From: a virus
DNA length: 64,000 nt
Reading direction: 5' to 3' (one strand)
IMG/VR virus record: IMGVR_UViG_3300045253_000023
Coordinates: 32,001-96,000 of that record
Under the pieces are notes generated by a model that did no database searches, was not told where the DNA came from, and worked only from the letters and a program-made list of their open reading frames with translations. Position 1 is the first letter of the stretch; every line of letters starts with the position of its first letter. The position numbers and the translations under genes are program-made. This document shows, piece by piece, positions 10,749-20,501 of this stretch.

Positions 10749-11099
10749 ATGAATCTTACCACAGAACAGAAAGTCTCTGTAACCGTTACTGGCGCCAAGA
10801 CAGCTCTGGGCAATCCAGCTCAGATTTTTGGTGCGGCAACATTTACTTCCGACACCCCAAGCGTTGCAACAGTTTCCCCAAATGCTGATGGCCTTTCGGC
10901 TGAAGTGTTTGCGGTTGGCGTTGGTGCAGCTCAGATCAATGTTTCTTTTGAAGGCGATCCAACCCCAGGCGTTGACACAGTTCATCTGTCAGGCGCTGTG
11001 AACGTTGTCGCAGCAGAAGCAGCAGTTGGTGAACTGACATTCGGTACACCAGAACTGAATACACCACCAGCTCCAGCACCAGTTCTCGGCGCAGGCTAA
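10749..11099 (+). CDS. Ig-like (Big_2-type) protein, possible virion decoration protein
   Basis: FTSDTPSVATVS...AVGVGAAQINVS pattern; AAGGAG SD before ATG 10749; an in-frame upstream start exists at 10563. Confidence 0.6.
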   Translation: MNLTTEQKVSVTVTGAKTALGNPAQIFGAATFTSDTPSVATVSPNADGLSAEVFAVGVGAAQINVSFEGDPTPGVDTVHLSGAVNVVAAEAAVGELTFGTPELNTPPAPAPVLGAG

Positions 11100-11125
11100 G
11101 AACCACTGTAGCACGCAACATTCGC

Positions 11126-11157
11126 AAAAGACCCCAGCAATGGGGTCTTTTTCTTTG
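11126..11157 (+). terminator. Rho-independent terminator
   Basis: AAAAGACCCCA-GCAA-TGGGGTCTTTT. Confidence 0.85.
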
Positions 11158-11210
11158 TGGGATTGTGGCCCTAAGTACATTCATGTTTACCAGACACGTG
11201 CTCTAACATC

Positions 11211-11744
11211 ATGGCAAATCAAGCAAACAGCGGCCAAATTGACTACACCTATGCCAATGAAAACAACTTCAGGGTCATCATCAACAAGATGCCCAAGGTG
11301 TCGTTCTTCGCACTGAACACCTTCCTGCCAGAAGTTTCTTCTCCAGGAGCAGGGGTCGCGTTCCCAACCCAAGACATCAATATCCCTGATGACAAGCTCA
11401 TCTGGGCTCCGCTTGATGTTGGGTTTGTGGTTGATGAGGGCTGGTTCAACTATGAAGAAGTGTTTCGTTGGATGGAAGCAACTGTCATGCCGCGTAACAC
11501 AGAAGCATCATACATTCAATACAGCGATGCCCTGATCATGATTCTGGACAATCTGAAGAGTCCAGTGCTCAATGTCAAATTCGCATCGTGTTTCCCTGTG
11601 ACTCTATCACAGGTTGCTGTCAAGACGACAGACTCCACCACATTGTTCGGAAGTGTGTCTCTCAGATATTCATACTACACGATCGATCGTGTTTCTGAAC
11701 TCACTCCGCCAATAGGCGATCCTCCTCCGATCCTGACACTCTAG
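11211..11744 (+). CDS. 3: Tail completion / tube terminator protein (gp3-like)
   Basis: NNFR..I...PKVSFF, F.VDE...NYEEVFRWM, FPVTLS; typical position before uvsY. Confidence 0.75.
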   Translation: MANQANSGQIDYTYANENNFRVIINKMPKVSFFALNTFLPEVSSPGAGVAFPTQDINIPDDKLIWAPLDVGFVVDEGWFNYEEVFRWMEATVMPRNTEASYIQYSDALIMILDNLKSPVLNVKFASCFPVTLSQVAVKTTDSTTLFGSVSLRYSYYTIDRVSELTPPIGDPPPILTL

Positions 11745-11830
11745 AATGCCGAGAGTGCTTGTCTGAGAAGGTTTCTCATAACCTTCCTTGCCAACATCAC
11801 TGAGATGCTCTCTCGTGCGGAGATTTGCGC

Positions 11831-11860
11831 TTGACTTTTAACCCAGTTTCATCATATAAT
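11831..11860 (+). promoter_or_regulatory. Sigma70-type promoter TTGACT-N18-TATAAT
   Basis: Member of the repeated TTGACTTT/TA(G/T)AAT promoter family. Confidence 0.7.
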
Positions 11861-11894
11861 AGTCAATCTGACATTGAATTCAACAAGGTTTATT

Positions 11895-12317
11895 ATGACC
11901 AAACAGACAGTCGCCCCACAATCTCTTGATGCACTGATGGAAGAAGCCAAGGCTGATCTGGCTTTCGACATGACCACCGCAGAACATGTTTCTGTTAAGG
12001 TGCCTTTCCTCACAGAGAAATATGCCAGGAAGCTGGTGTTTGCCAAAGCATCTCTGCGCAAAGCTGAGATGGACATGAATGAAGTGTATGCGGAACGACT
12101 GCAGCACTACATAACATCCCACAATATCCGCATCGACAGACGCGATCTCGACACATATGTCAAGGGCGACAAGGAATACAATCAAGCAGTCGCGCGCATG
12201 GAGACAAAGAAACTTGAGGTGGAATATCTTCAAGCTATCATGAGCGCACTTGACAAGTTGAGCTGGAATGTGGGTAACGCCATCAAACTGTGGATTTGGA
12301 AACAAGGTGGCAGATGA
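11895..12317 (+). CDS. uvsY: Recombination mediator UvsY
   Basis: Helical, YVKGD.EY, W.V.NAIK.W C-terminus; adjacent to uvsW. Confidence 0.85.
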   Translation: MTKQTVAPQSLDALMEEAKADLAFDMTTAEHVSVKVPFLTEKYARKLVFAKASLRKAEMDMNEVYAERLQHYITSHNIRIDRRDLDTYVKGDKEYNQAVARMETKKLEVEYLQAIMSALDKLSWNVGNAIKLWIWKQGGR

Positions 12318-12384
12318 AATTCTGTTATCGCGGCCCAGATAATTAACTGGGCCCAGATAGCAATCATGACTATAGGATACACAA

Positions 12385-13893
12385 GTGAGTGATGTAACCA
12401 TCCAAAAACTGAATGACACTTTCCTGCTGGTCGACGCTGACATGTCGATTGCGGCAGAGATAAGTGATTTCTTCACATTCGAACCACCGAATGCCTTTTG
12501 GATGCGCAAGAAGCGCCCAATGTGGGATGGCAAGATTCGCCTCTACCACATGGACAAACGATTACTGTATGTCGGCCTGCTGACCCATCTTTTGGAGTTC
12601 TGCGACAAGTGGGGCTACAGTGTTGAACTAGACCAATCTCTCGTGCCAGAGATTGCCTCGGTGGATGACATTGAGGCGTTCATTGACAATCTGGACGTGC
12701 GCAACGAGGATGGTGACGAGATTGCTTGCTATGACCATCAGGCTGAGGCTGTTCAGCAGTGCATCCGCTTCGGCCGTCGAACCATTGTCTCCCCAACAGC
12801 ATCAGGCAAGAGCCTGATCATCTATATTTTGCTGCGCTGGTATGAAGCCAAGTTGCGTGCAGAAAACAAGAAAACACTCATTGTCGTGCCAACCATTGGA
12901 CTTGTTTCTCAGATGGCATCTGATATCTGGGATTACAGCAGTCAAGATGCAGAATTCGATGCTGAATATGATATCCTCAAGATTGCTGAAGGCTCTGACA
13001 AAAACTCAGAAACAGCTTGTGTCTATATCAGCACCTGGCAGTCCATCTATCAGGAATCACCTGAATACTTTGAACAATTTGGCATGATCATTGCAGATGA
13101 ATGCCATCAATACAAGGCGGATGCCATCAAAGGCATTCTTGAGAAGAGCATCAACACGCCATTGCGTTTTGGTCTCACTGGCACGCTGACTGCTGATGGA
13201 TCCAAATGCAACAAGCTCATCATCCAGGGATTGTTTGGTCCACAGATCAAGATTGCTTCAACGCGCGAGCTCATGGACAAGGGTATCATTGCTGGTATTG
13301 ACATCAACATCATCAACACGTACTACTCAGAAGAAACAGCTGAGTTTGCACGCCACATGGACTATCACCAAGAGATTGACTTCATCACCAAGAGTCAATC
13401 GCGCAATGAGTTTCTGACGAGAATTGTTTCCGCAGAAAAGAAGAACACGTTGCTGTTGTTCCTCAAGCAAGATCATGGTGAGAGGCTTTTTGAGATGGTG
13501 GTTGATGCCAATCCTGGTCGCCCAATCTATTTGATCTATGGCAAGCATCCTGCTGATGAGCGCGAAGAAGTCAGACGCCTGATGGAGACCCATACTGACG
13601 CAATTGCCATTTGTTCATTTGGAACGTTCTCAACAGGCGTCAATATCAAGAATATCCACACTGTCATCTTTGCCAGCCCATCCAAGAGCGCAATCCGCGT
13701 GTTGCAGTCTATTGGTCGTGGTCTACGAAAGCTGGCTGGCAAGACAGTGCTCAAACTGATTGATATCGTGGACATATTCCAAATTGGTAATCGCAGACCA
13801 AACAACTACTGCGTCCAACACTCTGTCGAGCGCATGAAGCTATATGCAGCTGAGGAGTTCGACTATAAATTGATTGATGTGGAGATAGAATAA
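12385..13893 (+). CDS. uvsW: SF2 DNA helicase UvsW
   Basis: WDGKIRL, SPTASGKS, DECH, GLTGT, LQSIGRGLR. Confidence 0.97.
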   Translation: MSDVTIQKLNDTFLLVDADMSIAAEISDFFTFEPPNAFWMRKKRPMWDGKIRLYHMDKRLLYVGLLTHLLEFCDKWGYSVELDQSLVPEIASVDDIEAFIDNLDVRNEDGDEIACYDHQAEAVQQCIRFGRRTIVSPTASGKSLIIYILLRWYEAKLRAENKKTLIVVPTIGLVSQMASDIWDYSSQDAEFDAEYDILKIAEGSDKNSETACVYISTWQSIYQESPEYFEQFGMIIADECHQYKADAIKGILEKSINTPLRFGLTGTLTADGSKCNKLIIQGLFGPQIKIASTRELMDKGIIAGIDINIINTYYSEETAEFARHMDYHQEIDFITKSQSRNEFLTRIVSAEKKNTLLLFLKQDHGERLFEMVVDANPGRPIYLIYGKHPADEREEVRRLMETHTDAIAICSFGTFSTGVNIKNIHTVIFASPSKSAIRVLQSIGRGLRKLAGKTVLKLIDIVDIFQIGNRRPNNYCVQHSVERMKLYAAEEFDYKLIDVEIE

Positions 13894-13894
13894 C

Positions 13895-14377
13895 ATGGCC
13901 ACCAAAAAGAAAGCACCAGTGAAAACCAAGAAGCCAGTCACTCGCGGCACAACTGTCGCAAAATCAGTGAAGGCTGTCGCCAAGAAACTTTTGGACAAGC
14001 GCATCAATGGCCCCAATCGAAACACCAAGGTGTTTGCATTGCAAAGTGGGTTTGAATTGATTGGAACAATCGTCCATTCGGATGCCGAGAGCGTGTATCT
14101 ACATCGCCCTGGTGCTATTTTGAGAATGAATCAGTCGTTGGAAGGTGGCGGGATTCAGCAGATTTACTTCTTGATTCCCTCATATGCATTTGCAGTGAAT
14201 GATATGATTCAGGTGATCAAGTCCAGCATCGCAATCGTTTGCATTCCTGATGAGTACATGATGAAGACGTATGATGCCTTCATCGCGGGAGAGTATGATG
14301 CGATGATAGAGAAACCAACGAAAGAGAAGAAGTCAACCAAGAAGGTTGTTGATGGACAGAAGCTGAGTGATCTCTAG
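13895..14377 (+). CDS. Hypothetical protein with Lys-rich N-tail and Sm-like core
   Basis: LQSGFELIG...LHRP pattern; position between uvsW and gp55. Confidence 0.6.
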   Translation: MATKKKAPVKTKKPVTRGTTVAKSVKAVAKKLLDKRINGPNRNTKVFALQSGFELIGTIVHSDAESVYLHRPGAILRMNQSLEGGGIQQIYFLIPSYAFAVNDMIQVIKSSIAIVCIPDEYMMKTYDAFIAGEYDAMIEKPTKEKKSTKKVVDGQKLSDL

Positions 14378-14694
14378 TTCTGTCGAATCAAGAAGTTAAT
14401 TGAAAATTGCGATACCACTATATGGGTCACCCTTCGGGTGACGCTACGCTAACCCCATTAGATCAAAAACAATCATATCATTTTCTTCTTCAGGTGTCAT
14501 CTCTTAAGTATACGAGCCGAACTTGAAAATCGACCTCAAAATGAGCATGAAATTTTAACCAATTGATTCGTTGCAAAATATACTTTCTGGTATCGAAAAG
14601 TTGTTAAGCTCTCGTTTACAAATGGTTGTCCCTTGACTTTGTAGACCATATCATCTATGATAGAGCAATACACCACTCCTATTGAGGATATTTC

Positions 14695-15402
14695 ATGATT
14701 CGATCAAAGACTGCCAAGAAGCCAGCTCCTGCTAAGAAAAAGGCTTCATTCGCGAAGAAGGCACCTGTCAAGAAGATCGCAGCAACAAAGAAAGCTGCTC
14801 CAGTGAAGAAACAACCAACTCTGTTGAAGAGAGCACTGGGTCTGGATGTTACAATGGGCGTCGAGAAACCTGCCGTTTCTGCCACAAACAAGAACCACTA
14901 CGTTAACAACGTTGAATTCTATCAAGAGATGATTCAGTTCCGCATTGACAATGCGGATCGCATAAAACAGGGACTTCGTCCCAACATCTCAAACTCCATC
15001 GGCAAGAAAATTCTTGAAATCTGCACCAGGTTGTCATTCAAGTTCAACTTCATCAAGTACTCCTTCCGCGAAGACATGATCTCTGATGCAATCCAGAATT
15101 GCATCAACTACATCTGGAATTTCAACCCTGAGAAGGGTAAGAATCCATTCTCATATTTCACCTTGATTGCATACCGCGCATTTGTGCGTCGTATTCAACG
15201 AGAGAAGAAGATCATGGCTGATCGTCAGAAGTACATGAACCAAATCCTGATTGAGCTGGAAACAGAAAGCAACGGATTGTCGGATGAAGAGAAGTCCATT
15301 GCCAAAGAGATTGAAGCATCCATCTTTGGTGATCGTCATGCGGTTGCGAAGGACCCAGGCTATGACATGGAGTTCAACAGTCAGGATGGCGCATATGACT
15401 GA
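14695..15402 (+). CDS. 55: Late transcription sigma factor gp55
   Basis: HYVNN.EF, NFIKYSFREDMISDAI.NC, FNPEK.KNPFSYFT.IA..AF.RRI..EKK. Confidence 0.96.
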   Translation: MIRSKTAKKPAPAKKKASFAKKAPVKKIAATKKAAPVKKQPTLLKRALGLDVTMGVEKPAVSATNKNHYVNNVEFYQEMIQFRIDNADRIKQGLRPNISNSIGKKILEICTRLSFKFNFIKYSFREDMISDAIQNCINYIWNFNPEKGKNPFSYFTLIAYRAFVRRIQREKKIMADRQKYMNQILIELETESNGLSDEEKSIAKEIEASIFGDRHAVAKDPGYDMEFNSQDGAYD

Positions 15403-16459
15403 CAAGAAGTTTGCTATTCTGGGCGACACCCATTTTGGTGCTCGTTCAGATTCCCTGACGCACATGTCATACATGGCGAAGTTCTATGATGAGGTGTTCT
15501 TTCCTCGACTCGAGAAAGACGGCATCAAGAAAATCTTCCAGCTGGGTGACTTCCTTGATCGTCGCAAGTTTGTCAACTTCAACACGCTGAATCAGACAAA
15601 GGAAATCTTCCTTGATCGCGCTGAGGCTGCTGGATGTGAGGTCTACATTCTGGTTGGCAATCACGACATCTACTGGCGCGACACCATCAAGCTGAACTCC
15701 ATTTCACAGTTGTACAAGTCATACAGCAACGTTCATTGCGTTGATGAACCTATGACTGTGACTGTTGGAAAGGATTTGGAGATAGACATCATCCCATGGA
15801 TATGCAAAGAGAATGAAGCTGACATCATGTCCTTCATTGAGCACACATCCTCTTCCATCCTGATGGGTCATCTTGAGTTGTCTGGCTTCCCAATGTACAA
15901 GGGAATCACCTCAGAGCATGGCATGGGTTCAGGCCCATTCGCAAAGTATGACCAGGTGTTCACTGGGCACTATCACACCCACAGCGTCAAAGACAACATT
16001 GAGTATCTCGGTACACCATATGAGATCACTTGGTCTGATTGTAATGACAGCAAAGGGTTTGGCATCTATGATGTGAAGTTGCGCGCAATGGAGTTTGTCT
16101 ACAATCCATTCCGTATCTTCCACAAGATCGTGTATAATGACAGCCAACACAACTACAAGAAGTTTGATTTTGCTGCTGTCAAGAACTCATACATCAAGAT
16201 ATTCATTGAGCACCGCAAGAGTGAAGAGGACTTTGACAAGTTCCTTGAGACACTCTACAACAAGTCGGAGCCACTTGATGTCACTATCACTGATCTCACC
16301 TCATCATACACTGATTCAGAATTGGATTCAATCCAAAGTCAAGACCCACTGAGCGTTTTGATTCAATCTGTTTCCGATGATGTGAAAGACGCAAAGGACA
16401 TCCGAATGCTTATCCAGGAAATTCATGCGCAGGTGTTACAAGACGGAGCAAGTGAATGA
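15395..16459 (+). CDS. 47: Recombination endonuclease subunit gp47 (Mre11/SbcD-like)
   Basis: GDTHFG, LGDFLDRR, GNHD, GHLEL, GHYH. Confidence 0.96.
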   Translation: MTDKKFAILGDTHFGARSDSLTHMSYMAKFYDEVFFPRLEKDGIKKIFQLGDFLDRRKFVNFNTLNQTKEIFLDRAEAAGCEVYILVGNHDIYWRDTIKLNSISQLYKSYSNVHCVDEPMTVTVGKDLEIDIIPWICKENEADIMSFIEHTSSSILMGHLELSGFPMYKGITSEHGMGSGPFAKYDQVFTGHYHTHSVKDNIEYLGTPYEITWSDCNDSKGFGIYDVKLRAMEFVYNPFRIFHKIVYNDSQHNYKKFDFAAVKNSYIKIFIEHRKSEEDFDKFLETLYNKSEPLDVTITDLTSSYTDSELDSIQSQDPLSVLIQSVSDDVKDAKDIRMLIQEIHAQVLQDGASE

Positions 16460-18219
16460 TTCGGTTTACAAATATCAAGGTTCGCAACTTCATGTCGGTG
16501 GGCAACAAGTGGATGGGTTATGACTTTGCTGAGGGTCAAAGCTATCTGGTGACGGGCAAGAATGGAGTAGGCAAGAGCATCATCCTGTTAGATGGTCTCA
16601 TGTTTGCTTTGTTCAACAAAGCCTTTCGCAACATCAATCTGGGTCAGCTGGTCAATTCAATCAACAACAAAGAGTGTCAAGCTGAAGTTGAGTTTGAGAT
16701 TGGCAAAACCACATACAAGATTGAGCGTGGCATCAAGCCCACTTATCTGAACATCTACATCAATGGCAAACTCAAGACGAAAGATGGCGACTTGCCATCG
16801 TATCAGAAGTTCCTTGAGTCCCAAATCTTGCGCATGAATGAAAAGACATTCAAGCAGATTGTGGTGTTGGGTTCCAAAGAATACACTCCCTTCATGAAGC
16901 TGTTCAAAGCAGACAGACGCATTGTTGTGGAAGACCTATTGTCTCTGACCATCTTCCAACAGATGGCAACAGTAGTCCAAGCACGCCAGAAATCACTGAT
17001 GCAAGAGTCGCAAACACTGGCCACTGAGCTTCGGTTTGTTCAGAAGAGCATTGATGAAACAAAAGATTTCATCAACACCTTGCGCTCATCTGGGGATGAA
17101 TACGTCAGCAACAAGCAGAAAGATATTGAGAAGCACCGTCTCAAGATGGATGAGCTCAAAGATCGTGTTGCTGAGAAGGAAGAACTGGTTGAAAAGGAAC
17201 GCAAGGGCGAAGACCTTGATGCGTTGTTTGATTCTGTGCAAGAGTCAAAGATGAAGTTGCTTGAGATGTCTTCTGTTGTCGAATCATCAATCAAACGCAT
17301 CAACGATGAACTGAACTTCTTTGCCAAGAATGATGTCTGTCCAAAGTGCCATCAAGATATCTCGCAAGAATTCAAAGACCATTTGAAGTGTGAGAATGAT
17401 GACAAGCTGCGAGACTTCCACAAGTGCATCGAGACTTCCAAAACACACACCATCAAACTCAATGATGACATTGATCAGATTCAGGCACGCATGGGCACGA
17501 TTCGCGATGCTCTGGATCAAGTACGCACACTGTATGCTGAGATACGTTCGCATGAGAACATCATCAACGTACTCAACACTGACATCAAGACGCATTCATC
17601 TCATTCTGATTCTGACTTGGCCACATTTGAACGCAAGCTGGCTGATCTGAATGATGACATGACTGCGAAGCGTCAGCGTGACATGGAGATCGTAGTTGAA
17701 GGTCGTCGCCTAAACTACATCTATGATATGGTGCGCGATGGTGGTATCCGTTCCAAAATCATTGATCAGTACCTGCCTGTCATCAACAAGTTGATTCGCA
17801 AGTATCTGGAGATCATGGAAAGCGATATTGACTTCTCATTTGATAGTGACTTCAAGGAGTCCATCAAGAGTCGTCATCGTGATGCCTTCACTTATGCCTC
17901 ATTTTCTGAAGGTCAGAAGCTGCGAATTGACCTTTGTTTGCTATTCACATGGCGTGAAATCTCTCGCATGCGCAACTCCTCAGCCACCAACCTGATTGTG
18001 TTTGATGAGATTGGTGACTCTTCACTTGATGCTGAAGGCTTTGAATGCTTCATGCGTATTTTGAAGGAAGAAAGTGAGAAACAATGCGTGATTATCATCT
18101 CACATACACCTGAGAAGATTGCTGGCAAAGTGGATCGCATCTATGAGTATGATCTGCATCGAGGCTTCACCAATTTGAAGAAACTGACAAACAACGCAAA
18201 TGAGGTATCACTGACATGA
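16456..18219 (+). CDS. 46: Recombination ATPase gp46 (Rad50/SbcC-like)
   Basis: GKNGVGKS, CPKC zinc hook, FSEGQK signature, VFDE. Confidence 0.97.
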   Translation: MIRFTNIKVRNFMSVGNKWMGYDFAEGQSYLVTGKNGVGKSIILLDGLMFALFNKAFRNINLGQLVNSINNKECQAEVEFEIGKTTYKIERGIKPTYLNIYINGKLKTKDGDLPSYQKFLESQILRMNEKTFKQIVVLGSKEYTPFMKLFKADRRIVVEDLLSLTIFQQMATVVQARQKSLMQESQTLATELRFVQKSIDETKDFINTLRSSGDEYVSNKQKDIEKHRLKMDELKDRVAEKEELVEKERKGEDLDALFDSVQESKMKLLEMSSVVESSIKRINDELNFFAKNDVCPKCHQDISQEFKDHLKCENDDKLRDFHKCIETSKTHTIKLNDDIDQIQARMGTIRDALDQVRTLYAEIRSHENIINVLNTDIKTHSSHSDSDLATFERKLADLNDDMTAKRQRDMEIVVEGRRLNYIYDMVRDGGIRSKIIDQYLPVINKLIRKYLEIMESDIDFSFDSDFKESIKSRHRDAFTYASFSEGQKLRIDLCLLFTWREISRMRNSSATNLIVFDEIGDSSLDAEGFECFMRILKEESEKQCVIIISHTPEKIAGKVDRIYEYDLHRGFTNLKKLTNNANEVSLT

Positions 18220-18668
18220 GTGGATTCATCACATTGAAATGTAATTTCATGGTGGATCAACCCACCATCAACAACCGCATCTATCCTCGCGCAATGATGG
18301 AATCTGCCATCAAAGAGTACCTGACCAACGGTAGTCGCGCGGGTGAGCTCCTTGCTTATTCAAATGGAAAGGAGTTTGGAGCATCTACCAACTTGAGAGC
18401 AGCTAGTCATGTTGTTCAAGATGTTCATCTTGAAGAAAATGGAGAAATCAAAGTTGATTTCAAGATACTCGACACAGCTGCTGGGAGAATGGTCGAAGCT
18501 CTTTTAATTGAGGTGCCTGGTTCACTTATGCCAAACATGATCATGGCTGGTAAGCTCAAACAGCACAAGAATGGTATGGGTGAATTGACTTCCTATTCTG
18601 AAGTCGAAGACCTCAAGGTGGCTTCGATTGATCTGTATTGTAAGCCATTGAATGAACAGAAAAGTTAA
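18216..18668 (+). CDS. gp21 prohead-protease paralog lacking catalytic motifs
   Basis: NNRIYPR, GEL, ILDTAAGRMVEALL match gp21; GHP and SSRG absent. Confidence 0.7.
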   Translation: MSGFITLKCNFMVDQPTINNRIYPRAMMESAIKEYLTNGSRAGELLAYSNGKEFGASTNLRAASHVVQDVHLEENGEIKVDFKILDTAAGRMVEALLIEVPGSLMPNMIMAGKLKQHKNGMGELTSYSEVEDLKVASIDLYCKPLNEQKS

Positions 18669-18738
18669 GAAGGCTTGACTTTTGTTTTCGTTCAAGGTAG
18701 ACTAACTCTGTCATCTATATTTGTTGAGGCTATGCATC

Positions 18739-18987
18739 ATGAGTACAACATTCCACGTCGACTTCATCGCTGACTGTGCGCAGAAAGTTCTTACGCGGTT
18801 CCCTGGAAATGATTCTGTAGAAAAGGCTCTCATTCTTCTGATGGTTGGTTTGTATGGTGTTACCTACAGCGATGAACAACTGGCATTGGCACTTCAGTTA
18901 GTTCATGATGAGAGTTTGACACCCGAGGAAAGCTATCAGAAAGCAAAGGCTGCTGGTCTTACTCATCAACACTTAACAGGAGCATAA
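18739..18987 (+). CDS. Hypothetical protein
   Basis: ORF after TTGACTTT promoter at ~18676. Confidence 0.55.
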   Translation: MSTTFHVDFIADCAQKVLTRFPGNDSVEKALILLMVGLYGVTYSDEQLALALQLVHDESLTPEESYQKAKAAGLTHQHLTGA

Positions 18988-18990
18988 TTC

Positions 18991-19209
18991 ATGGATTCAG
19001 CAGCAATCAAGATTCTGGAAGATGATACCAGACCAATTGAACAACTCAACAAGTTGTTCAATCCAACATTCGATGCATTTTCGAGATTCAGGTTCCGTGG
19101 TCGTCCATTGCGGACCATGCGCAAGCCTGAGTTGATTGAAGAACTCAAAACAGAAGCTGAGGCAAAGCGCGCTCGCCGCCGTGCCCGCAATCTGAGGATC
19201 GTAGCATGA
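18991..19209 (+). CDS. Hypothetical basic protein
   Basis: AGGAG SD; tightly packed. Confidence 0.55.
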   Translation: MDSAAIKILEDDTRPIEQLNKLFNPTFDAFSRFRFRGRPLRTMRKPELIEELKTEAEAKRARRRARNLRIVA

Positions 19210-19412
19210 AAGCAAAATTCTTCCTTGCCAACTTTGCATTAACTTGCATCACCATGTCATTCATTGCTCTTCTCTTCAAGATGCAAGGTCTTGATCAGTT
19301 GACGTGGCCCATGGTGTTGGGTCCAGTGATGCTTTGTGGCACAGTGTTCATCAGCCTGTTTGCTGTCATTGGGTTCTTGTTCTCATTTGGGTTCTTGACA
19401 GACGAAACGTAA
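19206..19412 (+). CDS. Small membrane protein with two TM segments
   Basis: Two hydrophobic stretches; ATGA overlap with previous ORF. Confidence 0.6.
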   Translation: MKAKFFLANFALTCITMSFIALLFKMQGLDQLTWPMVLGPVMLCGTVFISLFAVIGFLFSFGFLTDET

Positions 19413-19510
19413 GTCAATGATCAATTGGAAAATTTAGTGCTTGACTTTTGCCTTCAAAGAGAGTAAGATAGCTCGTTGAGATAGACTTTTGTTGTTCACT
19501 GAGAGAGCAC

Positions 19511-19684
19511 ATGGCAACCACCCAGCAAACTGAAGCCAAGACCATAGCCAAGCGTATGGTTGAATTGAGCAAACGGTACGTGGCAAATCCGAATGACAAA
19601 AACTATGCGGAGTTTCATGCCTACATGAGCATCAAGAATGTCATGTTGGTCGCATTGCTGGCGCTAAATGAACTGGCTGAGTAA
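19511..19684 (+). CDS. Hypothetical protein (57 aa, not in ORF track)
   Basis: MATTQQTEAKTIAKRM...NELAE* after promoter at 19441. Confidence 0.45.
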   Translation: MATTQQTEAKTIAKRMVELSKRYVANPNDKNYAEFHAYMSIKNVMLVALLALNELAE

Positions 19685-19762
19685 GCCTTAATCTATCACC
19701 ACCCAAACCAAGGGAGTTTCAGTTCCCTTGATTTTCGTCATATTCCATACAGGAGTTTCATC

Positions 19763-20431
19763 ATGCAGTTATCTGAAAAGACCCTCACCGTTCTCAAGAA
19801 CTTTGCGAAGTTCAATGAAAACATCCTCATTGAGGAAGGTTCTGTCCTCAAGACAATGACAAACCAGAAGAACGTGTTTGCCACTGCCACCATTGAGGAA
19901 GAGTTTCCTCGTGAAGTGCCAATCTACAACCTGACTGAATTCCTCAATGCGCTTTCGTTGTTCAAGGCACCTGAACTTGAATTCGAAGATGCCTACATCG
20001 AGATCAAGGACACATCTGGACAGGGCATCAAGTATTTCTATGCTGACAAGAGTGTGTTGGCATATCCTGAGAAGGACATCGCCTTCAAGAAGAAGGACTT
20101 GGAGTTCAAGTTGACTGCGGTCAAACTTGAGAAGGTTCTGTTGGCAGCCCGTACATTGAACTTGCCAAATGTCACATTGGTCAATGATGGTGAGAAGTTG
20201 TTCCTTCGTGCCCATGATGCGGCCAATGCCACATCCAACAAGTTTGACGTCACCATCGATGACTTCGATGTTTCCGATGTCAAGGAATTCCAGGCTCACT
20301 TCAAGATGGAAAACCTGCGCTTGCTTGAACTGGATTATGATGTCGCTGTCAATCTTCAAGGCATTGCTTCTTTCAGCAATGAGAACTACAATCTGGTGTA
20401 TCTGATCGGATTGGCCACTGCCAAGAAGTAA
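19763..20431 (+). CDS. 45: Sliding clamp gp45
   Basis: MQLSEKTL.VLKNFA..N, IYNL.EFL..LSLF, FKMENL. Confidence 0.95.
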   Translation: MQLSEKTLTVLKNFAKFNENILIEEGSVLKTMTNQKNVFATATIEEEFPREVPIYNLTEFLNALSLFKAPELEFEDAYIEIKDTSGQGIKYFYADKSVLAYPEKDIAFKKKDLEFKLTAVKLEKVLLAARTLNLPNVTLVNDGEKLFLRAHDAANATSNKFDVTIDDFDVSDVKEFQAHFKMENLRLLELDYDVAVNLQGIASFSNENYNLVYLIGLATAKK

Positions 20432-20501
20432 TCATTGCATCGGCACATAACTGGATCGCGCCGATTGTGATGGCGCGATCCATCACCAGAAGGAAGTCAT
20501 T

